DNA from: Protoeuglena noctilucae
Lineage: Eukaryota
Assembly: GCA_958009085.1 (NCBI GenBank)
Contig: OY253669.1
Location: forward strand, 1,240,001-1,304,000
DNA length: 64,000 bases
Reading direction: 5' to 3'
Position 1 is the first letter of the stretch, and each line of letters opens with the position of its first letter. Positions 1 through 11,861 of the stretch are shown here, in pieces. The position numbers and the translations under genes are program-made. The notes below the pieces were generated by a model. That model was not told the DNA's origin, made no database searches, and was given only the letters and a program-made list of their open reading frames with translations.

Positions 1-1371
1 CGGATGGCGCACCACCCTTGACAGCTGGCCTCTCTTCGTGGGCAATGCACACCAGATCGCCCTTGGACAGGAGCTGAGGTTCGGAGAAGAAACGGCGCAG
101 CGCCGCTGCCTTGGCGTCCTCCTGTGGGCCACAGAGTGCTGGACCGTGTCAGTCATCCAACCACGCCATGTCGCCGACGCCAGCGCATCAAATCTTCCTT
201 CTAGCACCCGGCCTCTGAAAGTGACATATCAGACACCCAGTTGCTAGAGAAATCGCAGCTGCGGTGCCAGCCCGAGCATCGCGCCGCACAGCGCGCCACG
301 ACGAACCTGGGGCCGATTCGGTTCGTCGCCATCGGTGCCTGACCCGTCACCCACGCCCACGCCGCGCAGAGAGGAGCTAGCCCCCAGCTGCGTGTCCTTC
401 GCCGCTTCCCTCCACAGCGCCGACACCGTCACGTCTCGCACGAGGGAAATATCGACGCTGGCAGCGCGGCACACGCACCGCTCCAGGACCGCCCAGTCCC
501 TGACGTAGGTCGTGCCGGTGCCACCCCCGGGCGTCGCCACCGCGTGGCCCGACGCCGAGGCGCTCCCGGCACCCGCACGCGCAACCCCACCTACATCGCC
601 CGCCGCGCCACCGCCGCCGTTGCTGACAGCCCAACGCCCAAAGCCCAAAACGATGGATCCCGGGGGCACGGCGCCGGGGTGGGCCAAGGAAGCGGCGAGG
701 CGGTCGCGCAGGGACGCCGGCGTGACCCCCGGGCACCCCTCGTCATCCGGCGTGCGTTGGCCCGAGCCGGCCCCCACCGCCTCCCCCGCTGCTGGCACCG
801 ATAGGACGACCCCACCCCTGCCGAGCATCAGCACCCGCAGCTGCGCTCGCGGCGGCGGAGCGTCGCCGGCCCCCCCGGTCGCCACCATCAGGGCGTCCAA
901 GTGCGCGGTGCAACCCCCCATCGACTGTGCCAAGCAAGGGGCCAAGTATAGGACCCCATGCTCCGCCATCGTGCCGTCAGGAAGGATCCCCGCGCCAGAC
1001 GCCCCCGATGCGTCCCCCGGCAGCGCCCAGACCTGGGCAAAGCGCCAGGGGCCCACAGGGATTGACGACCGACGCGAAGAATGGCCCCGCTGCTCGCACG
1101 CCGTGGCGTCCTTGGCCGCTTCATCTTCCTCGCGATCCGAGCGCTTCTGCTGTGCATCGGAGCAGCCGTCACCGCTCGCCAGGCGCAGCTGCACGATGCT
1201 GCCCGACAGCAGTCCTAGGTCCCGGAGAGTGTCGGTGCTGGCGGCAGCCGCCAGGCGCGGGTGGCGGTCAAGCCCTGGGATCGGCACGTCCAGCACGCGG
1301 AAGGGGACGCCCGTCTGCGAGGAAGGCGGACAGGTGTCGGTTGGGGCCGCCGAAGGTCTCACTGTGAACAT
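1..1371 (-). CDS. PEX6: Peroxisomal AAA ATPase PEX6-like protein, N-terminal part; runs off the window start
   Basis: ATG at 1371, exon to 307, intron 306..122 (GT..CAG), exon from 121. The segments 'LRDLGLLSGSIVQL', 'RFAQVWAL', 'LYLAPCLAQSMG' and 'ALRRFFSEPQLLSKGDLVCI' resemble the plant PEX6 N-terminal region. The AAA domains are not in the window. Confidence 0.65.
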
Positions 1372-2247
1372 CACAGCACGCGACGCCGCTTCGCGCAAGT
1401 CACCACGCGGCGTGGCTGGTCTCCCGTACGCACGCCCCGATCGGAATCGTTTTGTAAGCCTTGTTGGAAGAGGGAGGAGCCACTCTGCGGGGAATGCACA
1501 CAGCGGGGGCTCTTGCTCGCCACGGTCACGGTACTCACTGCAGCTCTGACCGTGGAGATTCTTTTGCGTCAATCGCCGGGTCGTCTACCCAGGCTACTCG
1601 ACTCATTCCTTGTCCATCCAAGCCTCACCAACGCGGAGGATGTCGTGGGCGACTGCGCACAGGACGGGGACTTTTACTGGGCTCCTGGAGGGCCTGCAGC
1701 TCTAGCAACGTCTGCGCCTGTCATACCTCGTGCATTCGCTTCGACGCAATGCACCATCCGACTTCCCAGGCCGCAGTGGCGCGCACAGTCCTGTCTGAAA
1801 CCCACGCGGCTTGGCTCACCAGCAGCCTGGGCTTCCGCGCCATCTCCGCATCAAACTGTGATACAAGAGCGTCTCGCGAGCATGTCTGTCGATTGGAGGG
1901 TGTCCCTGTCCCTCTTCACGCGCAAATCCACGGCAACACGCGCGTTGCGCTTTATGGGCGAAAACACTGTGAGCCGCCCGGTCCCTGGAGCATGCCAGCG
2001 CAAGCTCTGCAAGTACATGCCGCTGCCTGATCCACTAGGGGCTCCACAGGCACTCGCGTCAGGCAGCTACGCCAGTCTGACTTAGGTTGGAAAGGGGCCT
2101 TGGCGTAAACGCGCTCGTCTTTGCTACTGGGCGGCAGTGGCGTCCTCAACGCGTGACGGCGGGCCTTTGTGAGGCCAAAGGGGTCACTCTCTCGAACCCG
2201 GAGAGCTCGATCGCCCCGGCTGACTAACCCGCCGCAAAGCCAGGAAA

Positions 2248-3650
2248 ATGACGCGCGTCGGCTTCCCAGACGACGGGAGTCCCATTCCGGGGGGCATCTC
2301 CGAGCGGCTGGTGCGCGGCCGGCCGAGGGACTGCACTGCCACCGCCGCTTGGCGGAAAACTGCACGCCGCTGCTTGCGCCGGGCGATGGCGCGGCTTTGC
2401 GACGCTGCTGAGCCATGCCCCCGCCGCGCACGCAGTGGAACGACTCGCTGGACGTGGCTTACCAGTCCCTTCACCACCCGTTCGTCGTGGGCCTGTGCCA
2501 GGGCACGCTGCCCCGTGATGCCTTCCAGCACTACGTCGGCCAGGTGCCTGGACAGCGCAGCGAGCCAGATGAGCGAGGATTACCTGCGGTGCTGCTGCGA
2601 ACCGTGTCGCAAGTCCCCCGGCCTTCAGGATTTCTTCTACCTGGGCGCGTACCTCGAGAGCTACGCCACAGCCCTGGAGAGGGTCGATGCCGAGGCGGAC
2701 CCGGAGACGCACGCCGTGATCTCGAGGCTGCACCGGGCCTGCCAGGACGAGACGGGGCTGCACAGCGCCTACTGCGCCAAGTGGGGCGTCGACCCGACCG
2801 TTGCTGAGCCCTCTGAACCCTGCCTGGCCTACGTCAATTTCCTGCTGGGTGTCGTCCGCTCGGGGGCGCCCGTGCACGAAATCCTCGTTGCCATGCTCCC
2901 GTGCACGCGGCTCTACGCATGGTTAGGGCGCCTGATGCTCCTGGCCGACGGCCAGCGGAACCAGTACGGCGCGTGGGTCATGAACTACGGCACCGAGGAC
3001 TTCCAGGTGCGGCGCTTGCGTTTCTCAGATGGTTTGCACACAGCACAAATGGACACCGTCGCCATGCGTGGCCGGTCCGGTTCCTGTCGCAGGCGCTGGC
3101 CGCCACGAAGGAGGCGATGATCGACCGGATCTGTCCCCAGGACAGTGCCACGTACCAGAAGCTCCTGGGTTACTACAGGTGCTGCCGCCAGGCTACGTGT
3201 CTGGGCTGTTATGGCAGGAGTCAGCGGCCTGACGTGCGCTGCCCATCCACCGCCGCCCCCAGGGAGGCCATGCGGCAGGAGGTGAACTTCTGGGGAGCGC
3301 ACCCGGGCCTGCACCTGCAGCGCATGAACCTCGGGGCGGTCGAGGTCGACCCGAGCTACGGCCTGAGCGCAGAGCAGCTGCAGCAGGTCGCAAACGCGGC
3401 GGCGGCGTGCAAGGGCAACGCAACCGACGGCAAAGCGCCCATGAGCATCCGGCTGTCCCCGGGCTGGCGACTGACCATCTCGGGGCCCACGGCAGCGGTC
3501 CCCAGCTCCACGGCCCGCCCCCTGTTCCACGTGGTGCGTGTTTTCCGAATCAACGAGCTGACTTGCGACGCATTTGCCATCGCGGAACTGGACCGTGCAT
3601 TCATCTCCTCCGCAGCCGAGGGACGGCGCGACGGGCCGCCTGCTGGATGA
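2248..3650 (+). CDS. TenA/thiaminase II family protein (Cys-type) with a C-terminal extension; 5 exons
   Basis: Spliced product contains 'SLHHPFVVGLCQGTLPRDAFQHYVGQDFFYL', 'AMLPCTRLYAWLG', 'YGAWVMNYG' and 'AMRQEVNFW'. GT-AG introns near 2311, 2544, 3008 and 3179; TGA stop. Confidence 0.85.
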
Positions 3651-3889
3651 CGCGCCTGGCGAGTACACGGCGACCGGCTGGCACGAGACTCTCGCGTTCC
3701 TGACTTCGTAACCAGGCCACGCGCCCGTGTTCATCGACGAACTGAGATGTTAAGAAACGGTAGTAGGAGCTCTAGCAGGAGAATACTCACGAGGAGTTGG
3801 CCTTTTCTTGAGAGAAAGTAGTTGCGAGGCTGGCTGAAGCTGGGAAGGCCGCGGGCAGGTCCTCTGTGGCACGTAAGATTCTTCACAAC

Positions 3890-5412
3890 ATGGAAAACGG
3901 GCATGCGTCTCGGGACAGGGCGGACAGGGCCGCGTCGGGGGCGGGCGCGGAGTCCAGCGAGCGGATCCTGCCGCCCTTACCTCTCGCCAACTTCCGCACG
4001 CGATTCGTCGTCCCCGATGATGTCAAGGACGAATGGCTTCCCTACTTCAGGCAGCTGACACTGTCGAGCCTCGGCGGCAGCCTCCATCGCGAACTCAGCG
4101 TCAGCTTTGCCGCGACCTTTCACCCGCGCACAGGACCGACATGTACGGCAATTTCGGCCTGCGCCGGTGGCCTTGGTACGAGTACATCCGCCTGCCCGTG
4201 TTCGCGATCACCGTGCTGCCGCTCCGGGTCACGGTGCTGGCCATCGTGAGCGTGAGCCTGCGGGTGGCCGCGGCCATCCAGACGATGCTGGGGACGAGGG
4301 CTGCCAGGGTCTACGCGCACATCAACGGGATGTTCAGCTGCATGACGGGCGTGGTGTGCGGCTTCGGCGTCCTCCCGCGCGTCATCGTCGTGGATGCGCC
4401 CCCAGCGGGCTGCCCGGACCGATTCACAGAGAACGGCGTGCTCATGCGCCCCCCGCTCGTCATCAGCAACCACTCGAGCTACGTGGATGTGGCCATGATG
4501 TCCGGGCTGCTGTACCCCTCGTTCGTGGCGCGCGCGGGAACCGAGAAGCTGCCTTTCTACGGCCCCGTGTCCAAGACCATCCGCTGCATCCTGGTGAGGC
4601 TTGCGACTGACCGTGGCTTCCAGCCTTGCACTGCCAGGGAGCGTCGTCACCCGCGGGTCGGCCGCCGGCGCAGGTGGAGAGGGAGCGCCCCAAGAGCTCA
4701 GCGGGCCAGGAGGAGCAGAGGCCCTCGAACGGCAACGACTTACCCCTTGCGGCGCAGCAGGTGAGGGCACCATTGCTGTGGTTGTCCCGTCACCGCACCT
4801 GTCCCTGCCGTAGCCGCCCGTGTTGCCAGCGCTGCCCCGTCCACCCTGCAGGTGGTCGACCGCTTGCGAGAGCTCCGGGAGCGGGCGCGCACGGGCCGGC
4901 CCTTCCGTTCCCTGATGATCTTCCCAGAGGGCACGACCACCAACGGCCACTTTCTCATGCAATTTAGGATCGGCGCTTTCCGTGCCGGCGTGCCTGTGCA
5001 GCCCTACCTCCACGTCTACCGCTCCACGACCGCCAGCGTCTCCTGGGAGTCCATGTCGTTCCCGATGCAGTTCTTCCTCGTCCTCTGCTCCCCCTTCACC
5101 CTCTCCCGCACGTACGCGCTCCCGCCCTACTATCCCAGCGCCCAGGTACCCTAGGGGCGCTTGCTGCCGTCCGCGGCCCTGGGCAGAACACCGCACCGAC
5201 GCGTGTCCTACGTATGTTCCCCGCAGGAGGAGAAGGACCCGCTGCTGTACTCCAGGAACGTCCACTCGTACATGGTGGAGTGGTCAAAGAGGCTCCCTTG
5301 GCTAGCTGAGCGCGGGGGGCTGATCCCCACCGATGCGACGCTCGCCGACAAGCGCGACTTCCATCGGTGGCTGCTGTCGGGACGCCTCCAGGACGCGAAG
5401 AAGGCCGAGTGA
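3890..5412 (+). CDS. Lysophospholipid acyltransferase (LPEAT/LPCAT-like); 5 exons
   Basis: Acyltransferase motifs NHSSYVD (HX4D) and FPEGTTTNG; N-terminal 'PYFRTDMYG' as in plant LPEAT1. The first intron (4051..4133) is GC-AG. TGA stop. Confidence 0.9.
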
Positions 5413-5614
5413 AGAGTGGCGCAGCTCCACTCCACAGCGCAACAGCAGGGCTCTGGCGAGGGTATCTGCCGGAGTTTACCTTGAATCCCAGCGAAGAAAC
5501 GGAGGCACTCTTTTCTCTTCCAGTGTCAGAGGAGAGGCTGACGCAGACTGACTGAGTTTTAGGGCCACCGACGCACTCCACGGCTCCGAGCGGAGCTCGC
5601 AGCAGCTGGCTGCG

Positions 5615-8600
5615 ATGCTGCAGGTCGCCCCGCGCATCGCTGGTGCGCTATCGCGTTCCGCGTGCTCGGAACGACGTATCAGCGCGCCGACGCCCTGCAT
5701 CACGCGCCCCTGCCCAGGGCTGCAGCTGATCAACCGCCAAGGACCCGTCGCCAGGAGCCTGTCGGGGTTTGCTGGGAGCGTAGGCGGCGCGCAGTACGAG
5801 AGAATCGCGTTTGCAGCGGCCCCCGAGCTCAAAGTCCGCGCAGAGGCCGCGATCAGCCAGGGTGTCACGCTGCACAATGGAGGGGCGACCGTGCGGGTAA
5901 GCGCCCCCCTCGCGCCTTTCCGACATCAATGCCGGCTTTCTTTCGTACCGATACGAAGCTTGGTGGTCTCCGCGCGCCCGTGGGATGCGCAAATGCGGCG
6001 AACGCGCCCCACCCCAGGTGTGGGCGCCCTGCGCGAATGGCGTGCGACTGCAGCTGAGGGACAGTGCCAAGGAGATCGAGCTCGACAGAGAGGGAGACGA
6101 GTGGGTCGCGACCCTCGCCGCGGGGGTTCTTAAGGTGAGCGCGGCGGGAGGTGCGACGTGGACGTTAGCTCTCGAGGACTGCTCGATCCTCCGCGCCGCT
6201 GCTGCCGACCCGGGCTCCGCTGCGTCCTATCTGCAGCACGGCACGTGCTACCGCTTCGTGGTCAGCACCAGGGATGGCCGCGAGGTCCAGCGCCGCGACC
6301 CGTACGCCCGCTGGACGGATTACGACTCGTACTGGTGCTTTGTGGACGACCCCGCCGCGTACCGGTGGCGCACGCCGGCGGGAGACCAGCGCCCGTTCGA
6401 CGAGTACATGATTTACGAGATGCACGTCGGCAGCTTCACCCCGGAGGGCACCTTTGCCGCCGCCAAGGAGCGGCTCAAGCACGTCGTGGACCTCAACTTC
6501 ACTGCTGTCCAAGTCATGCCGCTGACGGAGCACTCGGACCGCTGGGGGTACAACCCCCGGCAGCTGCTCGCCGTGCATGGCCCCTACGGCACCCCCGACG
6601 ACTTCCGCGCCTTTGTCGACCACGCCCACGCACTCGGGTGCGCCTGCTGGCGAGGCCCACGCATGACTCGCGCCCGCTCATGCGACCTGCGTTGTCCACC
6701 TCTGTATTCGTCGTCTAGTGAGGCCCACGCATGGCTCGTGCCCGCTGACCCGCCCCGCGCTGTCTGCTTCTATACTTCTGCAAAGTCTCACGTCCCTCTG
6801 TCCCGTCGCGTTCCTCAGGCTGTCGGTGATTGTGGACGTGGTCCTCCACCACGGGGCCGTGGAGCGCAACGAGCTGTGGGACTGGGACGGCTGGGAGGAG
6901 ATGGGCAACGGCGGCATTTACCATGAGCGTGCCCCCGACACGCAGTGGGGCCGGGCCTTCGCTTTCTGGAAAGCCGAGGTGCGGCGCATGGTCCACGACG
7001 CCTGCACGTCGTGGCTCGGGGACTTCCGCTGCGACGGCCTCCGATTCGACTCAGCCAACGACCTCCCGCCCGACGTCATCCAGCCCCTCACGTGGTCCCT
7101 GAGGTGAGAGCTCTGGACAGCACGAGAGCTGAGAGCGCTAGGTAGCACGGAGAGATTGAGATATTACATATTGCTGGGCTGGCAAGGGGTCTCTGCCCAC
7201 CTTGCGCCTGCCACGGGCGCCCTCGACCATCTCAACACACACGCTAGCGACACCTGTTCGCATTCGCGTCAGTTGCCAGTCTCAGCACGCCAGTGACACT
7301 CGATGGCACCCGTTGCCATCGCCGCGTCCTCGTCGCTGCTCTCAGGGAGCGTTTCCCCGGCCGCATCCTCACGGCGGAGGTGACCCCTGAGAACCCCCTG
7401 TCGGTGCACGAGGGTGGGTTCGACTCCGTGTGGCTGCACTCGGGGTACTTCGACATCATCCAGCAGCACCGGGCGCTCGGGCGCGGCCACCACGGCGGCG
7501 GGGACTGGGCGGCGGGGTGGGACCTCCCTCGGCTCCGCACGGTCATGGGCCTGCACTCGGGGTTCACCTCCCCGACGCAGTGCATCAAGTACCTGCTGGG
7601 AAGCCACGACCAGTGCGGTTGCACCCACGGGGGACACTACGAGGACTACAAGGTGAGCGAGAAGCCACGGAGGGGCGATGGCTGCGAGGTCGGATGGCGA
7701 GGCACACGCGAGCAGCTTTGATGGGATGGGTTGCTGCCGATGGCCGCCCGTTGCGTCCGACCGGTCATGGGCCCATTTGGCATGACATGGCCGCATTCGC
7801 TGCCGACCCGGCCATGGCCGCAGATGATTGGGGGCCGTCACCGGTACGCCACAGACCAGGTGGGTGGGCGCGAAGCTGGTTGCACGTGTGAATGCAGTAA
7901 TTGCGTGTTGACAGCTTTCGGGTTTGGTTTGCTGGGCGCTCTGGACACGATGCCGGAATCACTGGCTGCAGTACGGAGGCGGGCGGGAGGACAAGGGAGC
8001 TGCGGCGGCGGCGCGGCTGTGGTGGACGTCCAACGTCGGCGCGGCTGGGCTGACGATGATGTTCATGGGGACGGAGTGGAACCAGACGGCGTGGTGGGAC
8101 GTGGACGAGCACCACCGCCTCCAGTGGCAGCTGGGACGTGAGTGACTAGGGAGGGCTGGGGTAGCAGGGGGCCAGTCGGTGGTAGCTCAGCGTCTCATGG
8201 CATCGATGGTGACCTGCCTATGTGACATTGACGGATGGTGACTCATGCAACACGCCTTGCGCCTGCACAGAGGACCAGCTGGGCCGGGAGATGATGGCCT
8301 TGGTCCGCGATTCCAACGCGCTCCGGTGGCGCTACCCCGCGCTGAGGCGGGGCTGGGCGAACATCCTGCACGAGGATCGCCCCAACGGGGTCCTGGCGTT
8401 CGAGAGAGTGTCCGAGGGCGACCTGCGCATCGTGGTGGTGGTGAACGCGGGGCGCGGCAACTGGCAGGGTGACGAGTACGGGGTGTGGGTGGGGGGGGGG
8501 TCCCTGAAGGAATGCTTCTCCAGCCAGGACGTGGCATACGGTGGCTGGGAGGGCTGGAAGTCGAACAAGGGCCGCGTGGTGAATGTGCACGAGGGCAAGG

Positions 8601-8716
8601 CGTGGATCAGCATCCCCGAGCAGTGCACGCTCGTGTTCGTGGACTATCCGTGGGAGGTCGACGCTGGGGCTGGGGCTGGGGCGGGGGCCGGGGCTGCGGC
8701 CGGGGCTAGGGCGTGA
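5615..8716 (+). CDS. GH13 alpha-glucan enzyme with a CBM48-like N-terminus (TreZ/branching-enzyme-like), probable plastid transit peptide; about 8 exons
   Basis: Motifs 'VRVWAP', 'RRDPYAR', 'IYEMHVGSFTPEGTF', 'WGYNP', 'DVVLHH', 'DGLRFDS' (nucleophile), 'TAEV' (acid/base) and 'GSHDQ'. Ser/Arg/Ala-rich N-terminus. TGA stop. Confidence 0.88.
8662..8708 (+). repeat. (GGGGC[TGC])n hexamer repeat encoding the Ala-Gly tail of the GH13 protein
   Basis: gctggggctggggctggggcgggggccggggct; translates as AGAGAGAGAGA. Confidence 0.8.
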
Positions 8717-8973
8717 GCACTGAGCTGCAAGGGCCTAGGCAGCGCCGCTTGGCAGACGCTCACGTCTACGGGGCTGTGTTGGACTGGCAGTTTCAAGCAT
8801 CGCCTTTGCGTGGACGGTACTGGTTCGAGCCTGTGGCTAGTGGAGAGGCTAGCTATCTCGTCTGCTACCCAGTGAAAGCAGGAAAATGCTCAGAGAAGGC
8901 GCGAAAAGGGAGGGGCTGTCGAGGAATTGTCACGGTATGGGAACAGAGGGGGCGTGGTACGCCGCGCGTGCTG

Positions 8974-10866
8974 TCAACCGCCTTCGAATAAGGTGTGCAT
9001 GCCGTGGTTGAACTTGGAGAAAGTGGCGGACACCAAAAGACCTGCGGCAGTGGGTGCGGTGACAAGACGGTTGTGTGCAACAAGTGGGCCGTGGCCTGCA
9101 TGGATAGAGGGGCCCCATCCCTGCCGCCCTCTTGCCTGAGTCAGCCAGATCTCGGACCCAGGCTGGCGCCTCGTCTCAGGTGCCCATCAGTTTGATCTCA
9201 AGGATCGCGTATTCTGAGCAAATACTGTCCCCAGGCACCGGCTTTTCCTGCACGGCAGGCACGGCGCATCACTCTGGTCACCGTCGCTGCCATGAGCAAG
9301 TGGGCGAGCGCGTGCAGGGCTGCGTGCATCTGCAGTGCTCGTCACACCTGAGGGTCGCGGTGCCACCGCCCCTGCTCCAGGCAGCTGGGCTGGCCACGAG
9401 GGCTCTCCAGGAACATGCACACGTGGGTGTCCATGGAGATGCGCACAGCCGCGTCGTAAGGAATCTGCACGCACCGAGGGCAGCGGGGTCGCACAACGCC
9501 ATCCCAGCGCGGGCGGCGCCGCAGGCCGCGAGCAAGGCAAGCAGCCCTTGCCTGAAACGCAGCGCGCATGTACTGGGTGCGCACGACGGGCGCCAGGCGC
9601 TGGCCGATGACGGCCCTCTGCACGTCCGCGAAGAGTTGCGCGAAGGGCGCAACCTCCCCGGGGCTCTTGCCCTTATTCGTCAGCGCCCGGGAAGCCTCCT
9701 CGACCGTCAGGGCGCCCGTCAGGAAGGGCACCACGCTTTGCTCCGGCAAGGCAAACCTGTCCTTCCTCCCCGAAGCCTCCTCCCCCGGCTGCTGTGCCTC
9801 GGACTTGCGCTCCACGTACACCACGGACGGCTCCCGCGGGCCGTACCACCGCAGCCGAATGGCGTCTGCCTTGGGGTGCATGTTCTTCTGGCGCCCGTGG
9901 TGCAGGTCCCTCTCCGCGTTGTCCAGGTAGGCCGAGTTGATGAGCTGAGAGTCCCCGGTGTAGTCCGACGGGTTGTAGCGGAAGAGCGGCAGGTGGCGGA
10001 GGATGGACAGCTTGACGGCCGACACGTCCTCCTGCCGCACCCAGAACTGCGAGAGGGCGAGGGACGCGCCGGGAGCCGTTGCCCGACACGTACGCGCATT
10101 GTCTGGGACCAGAGAACACATGACGGTGCACGTGACTGACCTTGGTGGTGGCGCGCACAAACTCTTGCGCGTCGTCCTCGTTCTTCTTGCCCGCCCCGTC
10201 CGTGCCTCGCAGGAGCGCGTACACCTCCGAGAGGTCCACGAATACCTCCGTCGCAGCGCCCTCCAGGGGCGTCGATTCGCGTTCCAATACCAGTATCTCA
10301 TGCGCAATGGCGTCCGCCTGTCCTCGTGCCGAGGCGGCCCAGGCAGGGTCGGCAAGCGCCCCGGAGACGGCCGCGTCCGCAACCCAGTGTCGCAGCTCGG
10401 AGCCACTGCGGAGCCAATGGGACGGGAGGTTGGCGAGGGGCCAGCTCGATTAGGTCGGGGGAAGGAGCGGGAGCGGGCCAACGTGCTTTACGCACCAATG
10501 CTGGAGGCGACCAACGCTTCGGTGCGCTGCCATCTCTCCCCCCGTGCACATGTGAGACGTCTCAAGCCGATTCACTGCGAGAGGCGGCCGGATAGGCTGG
10601 TTCGCGCGAGGGCACACGCATGCGAAAGGATGCGCGCTCCCTCGTCGCGACTCACCGTCCGCAGGGTCTTTACTGTCGAAGAACAGCAGAGACACGGAGT
10701 TTGCGTCACAAGACCCGCCGCCCAAGCCTTCCAACAGCTGCCTGCGGGCGCTACCGGGCATTACCAGACGAGCTCGCGTCGTGGCGACCTGCCGCAGCGA
10801 CGCGACGTCGAGCGCGACGAAGAATCGACGAGCGAGACGATCTATCCTAAACGCACGTCGTGGCAT
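8974..10866 (-). pseudogene. VTC4: Degenerate VTC4-like polyphosphate polymerase: reduced SPX remnant, internal TGA, no recognisable transmembrane tail
   Basis: VTC motifs 'QEFVRATTKFWV', 'DSQLINSAYLDN', 'AIRLRWYG', 'VYVERK', 'VRTQYMRAAFQIPYDAAVRISMDT' and 'AILEIKL..*DEAPAWVRDLADSG..FSKFNHG'. In-frame TGA at 9178..9176. The 5' exon structure is uncertain. Confidence 0.7.
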
Positions 10867-11861
10867 CGTCGCGAGCCCAAGTAACGACGCGCGCGGTTCG
10901 CTGGAACGCTGCCGCATGCGCAAGGTCGCCGCCCATTTCTCCCATCACCTGGGCCCCCACGGCCGGCCGTCCCCACGTGAGCCCCACAGGACCACCATGC
11001 ATCCCACTCCCATCGCGGCAATCGCGAGGCGCCGCAGCCACGAGCGGGCGCGGCCTTTGGTGGAAGCATCGGGCCATGGGACTCCTGGGCTGCTGTCCAT
11101 GATAGCAATCCCTCTAACGCAACCCTAGGGCAGTGCGGGTGAAATGTCCAAGCGTTGGTGGGCGCAAGGAGCTGTGCCATCCCTCTTAGATGCATTCTTA
11201 CACAAGTCGACGGGTAGATGCGCATATCCAGCCGGGGAAGACGCGCCAGTCGTCACGCCGAAGTCGCAGCAGTCGGTTTGCTTGGCGCGAGCAGATCGGC
11301 GTCCCGTCAGCCGCGGGATATCGGAGAGTCAACGTTTGGCTGGCCGGCGCAGCTCGCTTCGCCTAAACTCGCCTCTCTCGCCCCTCGCTGCTCAATGGTG
11401 AGATGACCGATGCGTCGGGTGCCGTTGCCGTCTCTCCACTCTCAACGCACGCGTCCCTGTCTGCGCGCGGGATGCAGCGCCCCCTCGCGCTCGAGCGCTG
11501 CGGCTGCAAAGCGGCATTGGCATCGTCGGTCAGAAAAAATGCGTTTAAGCTTCTTGCAGCCGAGAGGTGGCTGCGCTCGGGGCCTGAGCCGCCCGTAGGG
11601 GCTGGGATCCGCGAACGGCACCATGCCTGCGGGTGAGGGGCCCCGAACGAGCTCCAGGAGCCCAGCGCCAGACGGGGAGAGCACTGCTGGAAGTCTCCAC
11701 GATGCACACGCGTCCTCGGTGGATCGGAGGGCGTCGCGTCGTGCGCTCCCGCACGTTCAGTCGCAAGGGGCGCTCCAGGTGCGCGCTCCACGCTTTCGTC
11801 GCCGCTGGCAGGACGCGTTGCAGTTACAGTGTGACGCTACCGCCAGGCAGTCCCGCCGCAG

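Noticed and set aside
10900..11860. Short ORFs in the VTC4-channel intergenic region
   Set aside because: No motif, codon bias or coherent splice chain; likely a divergent promoter and UTRs.
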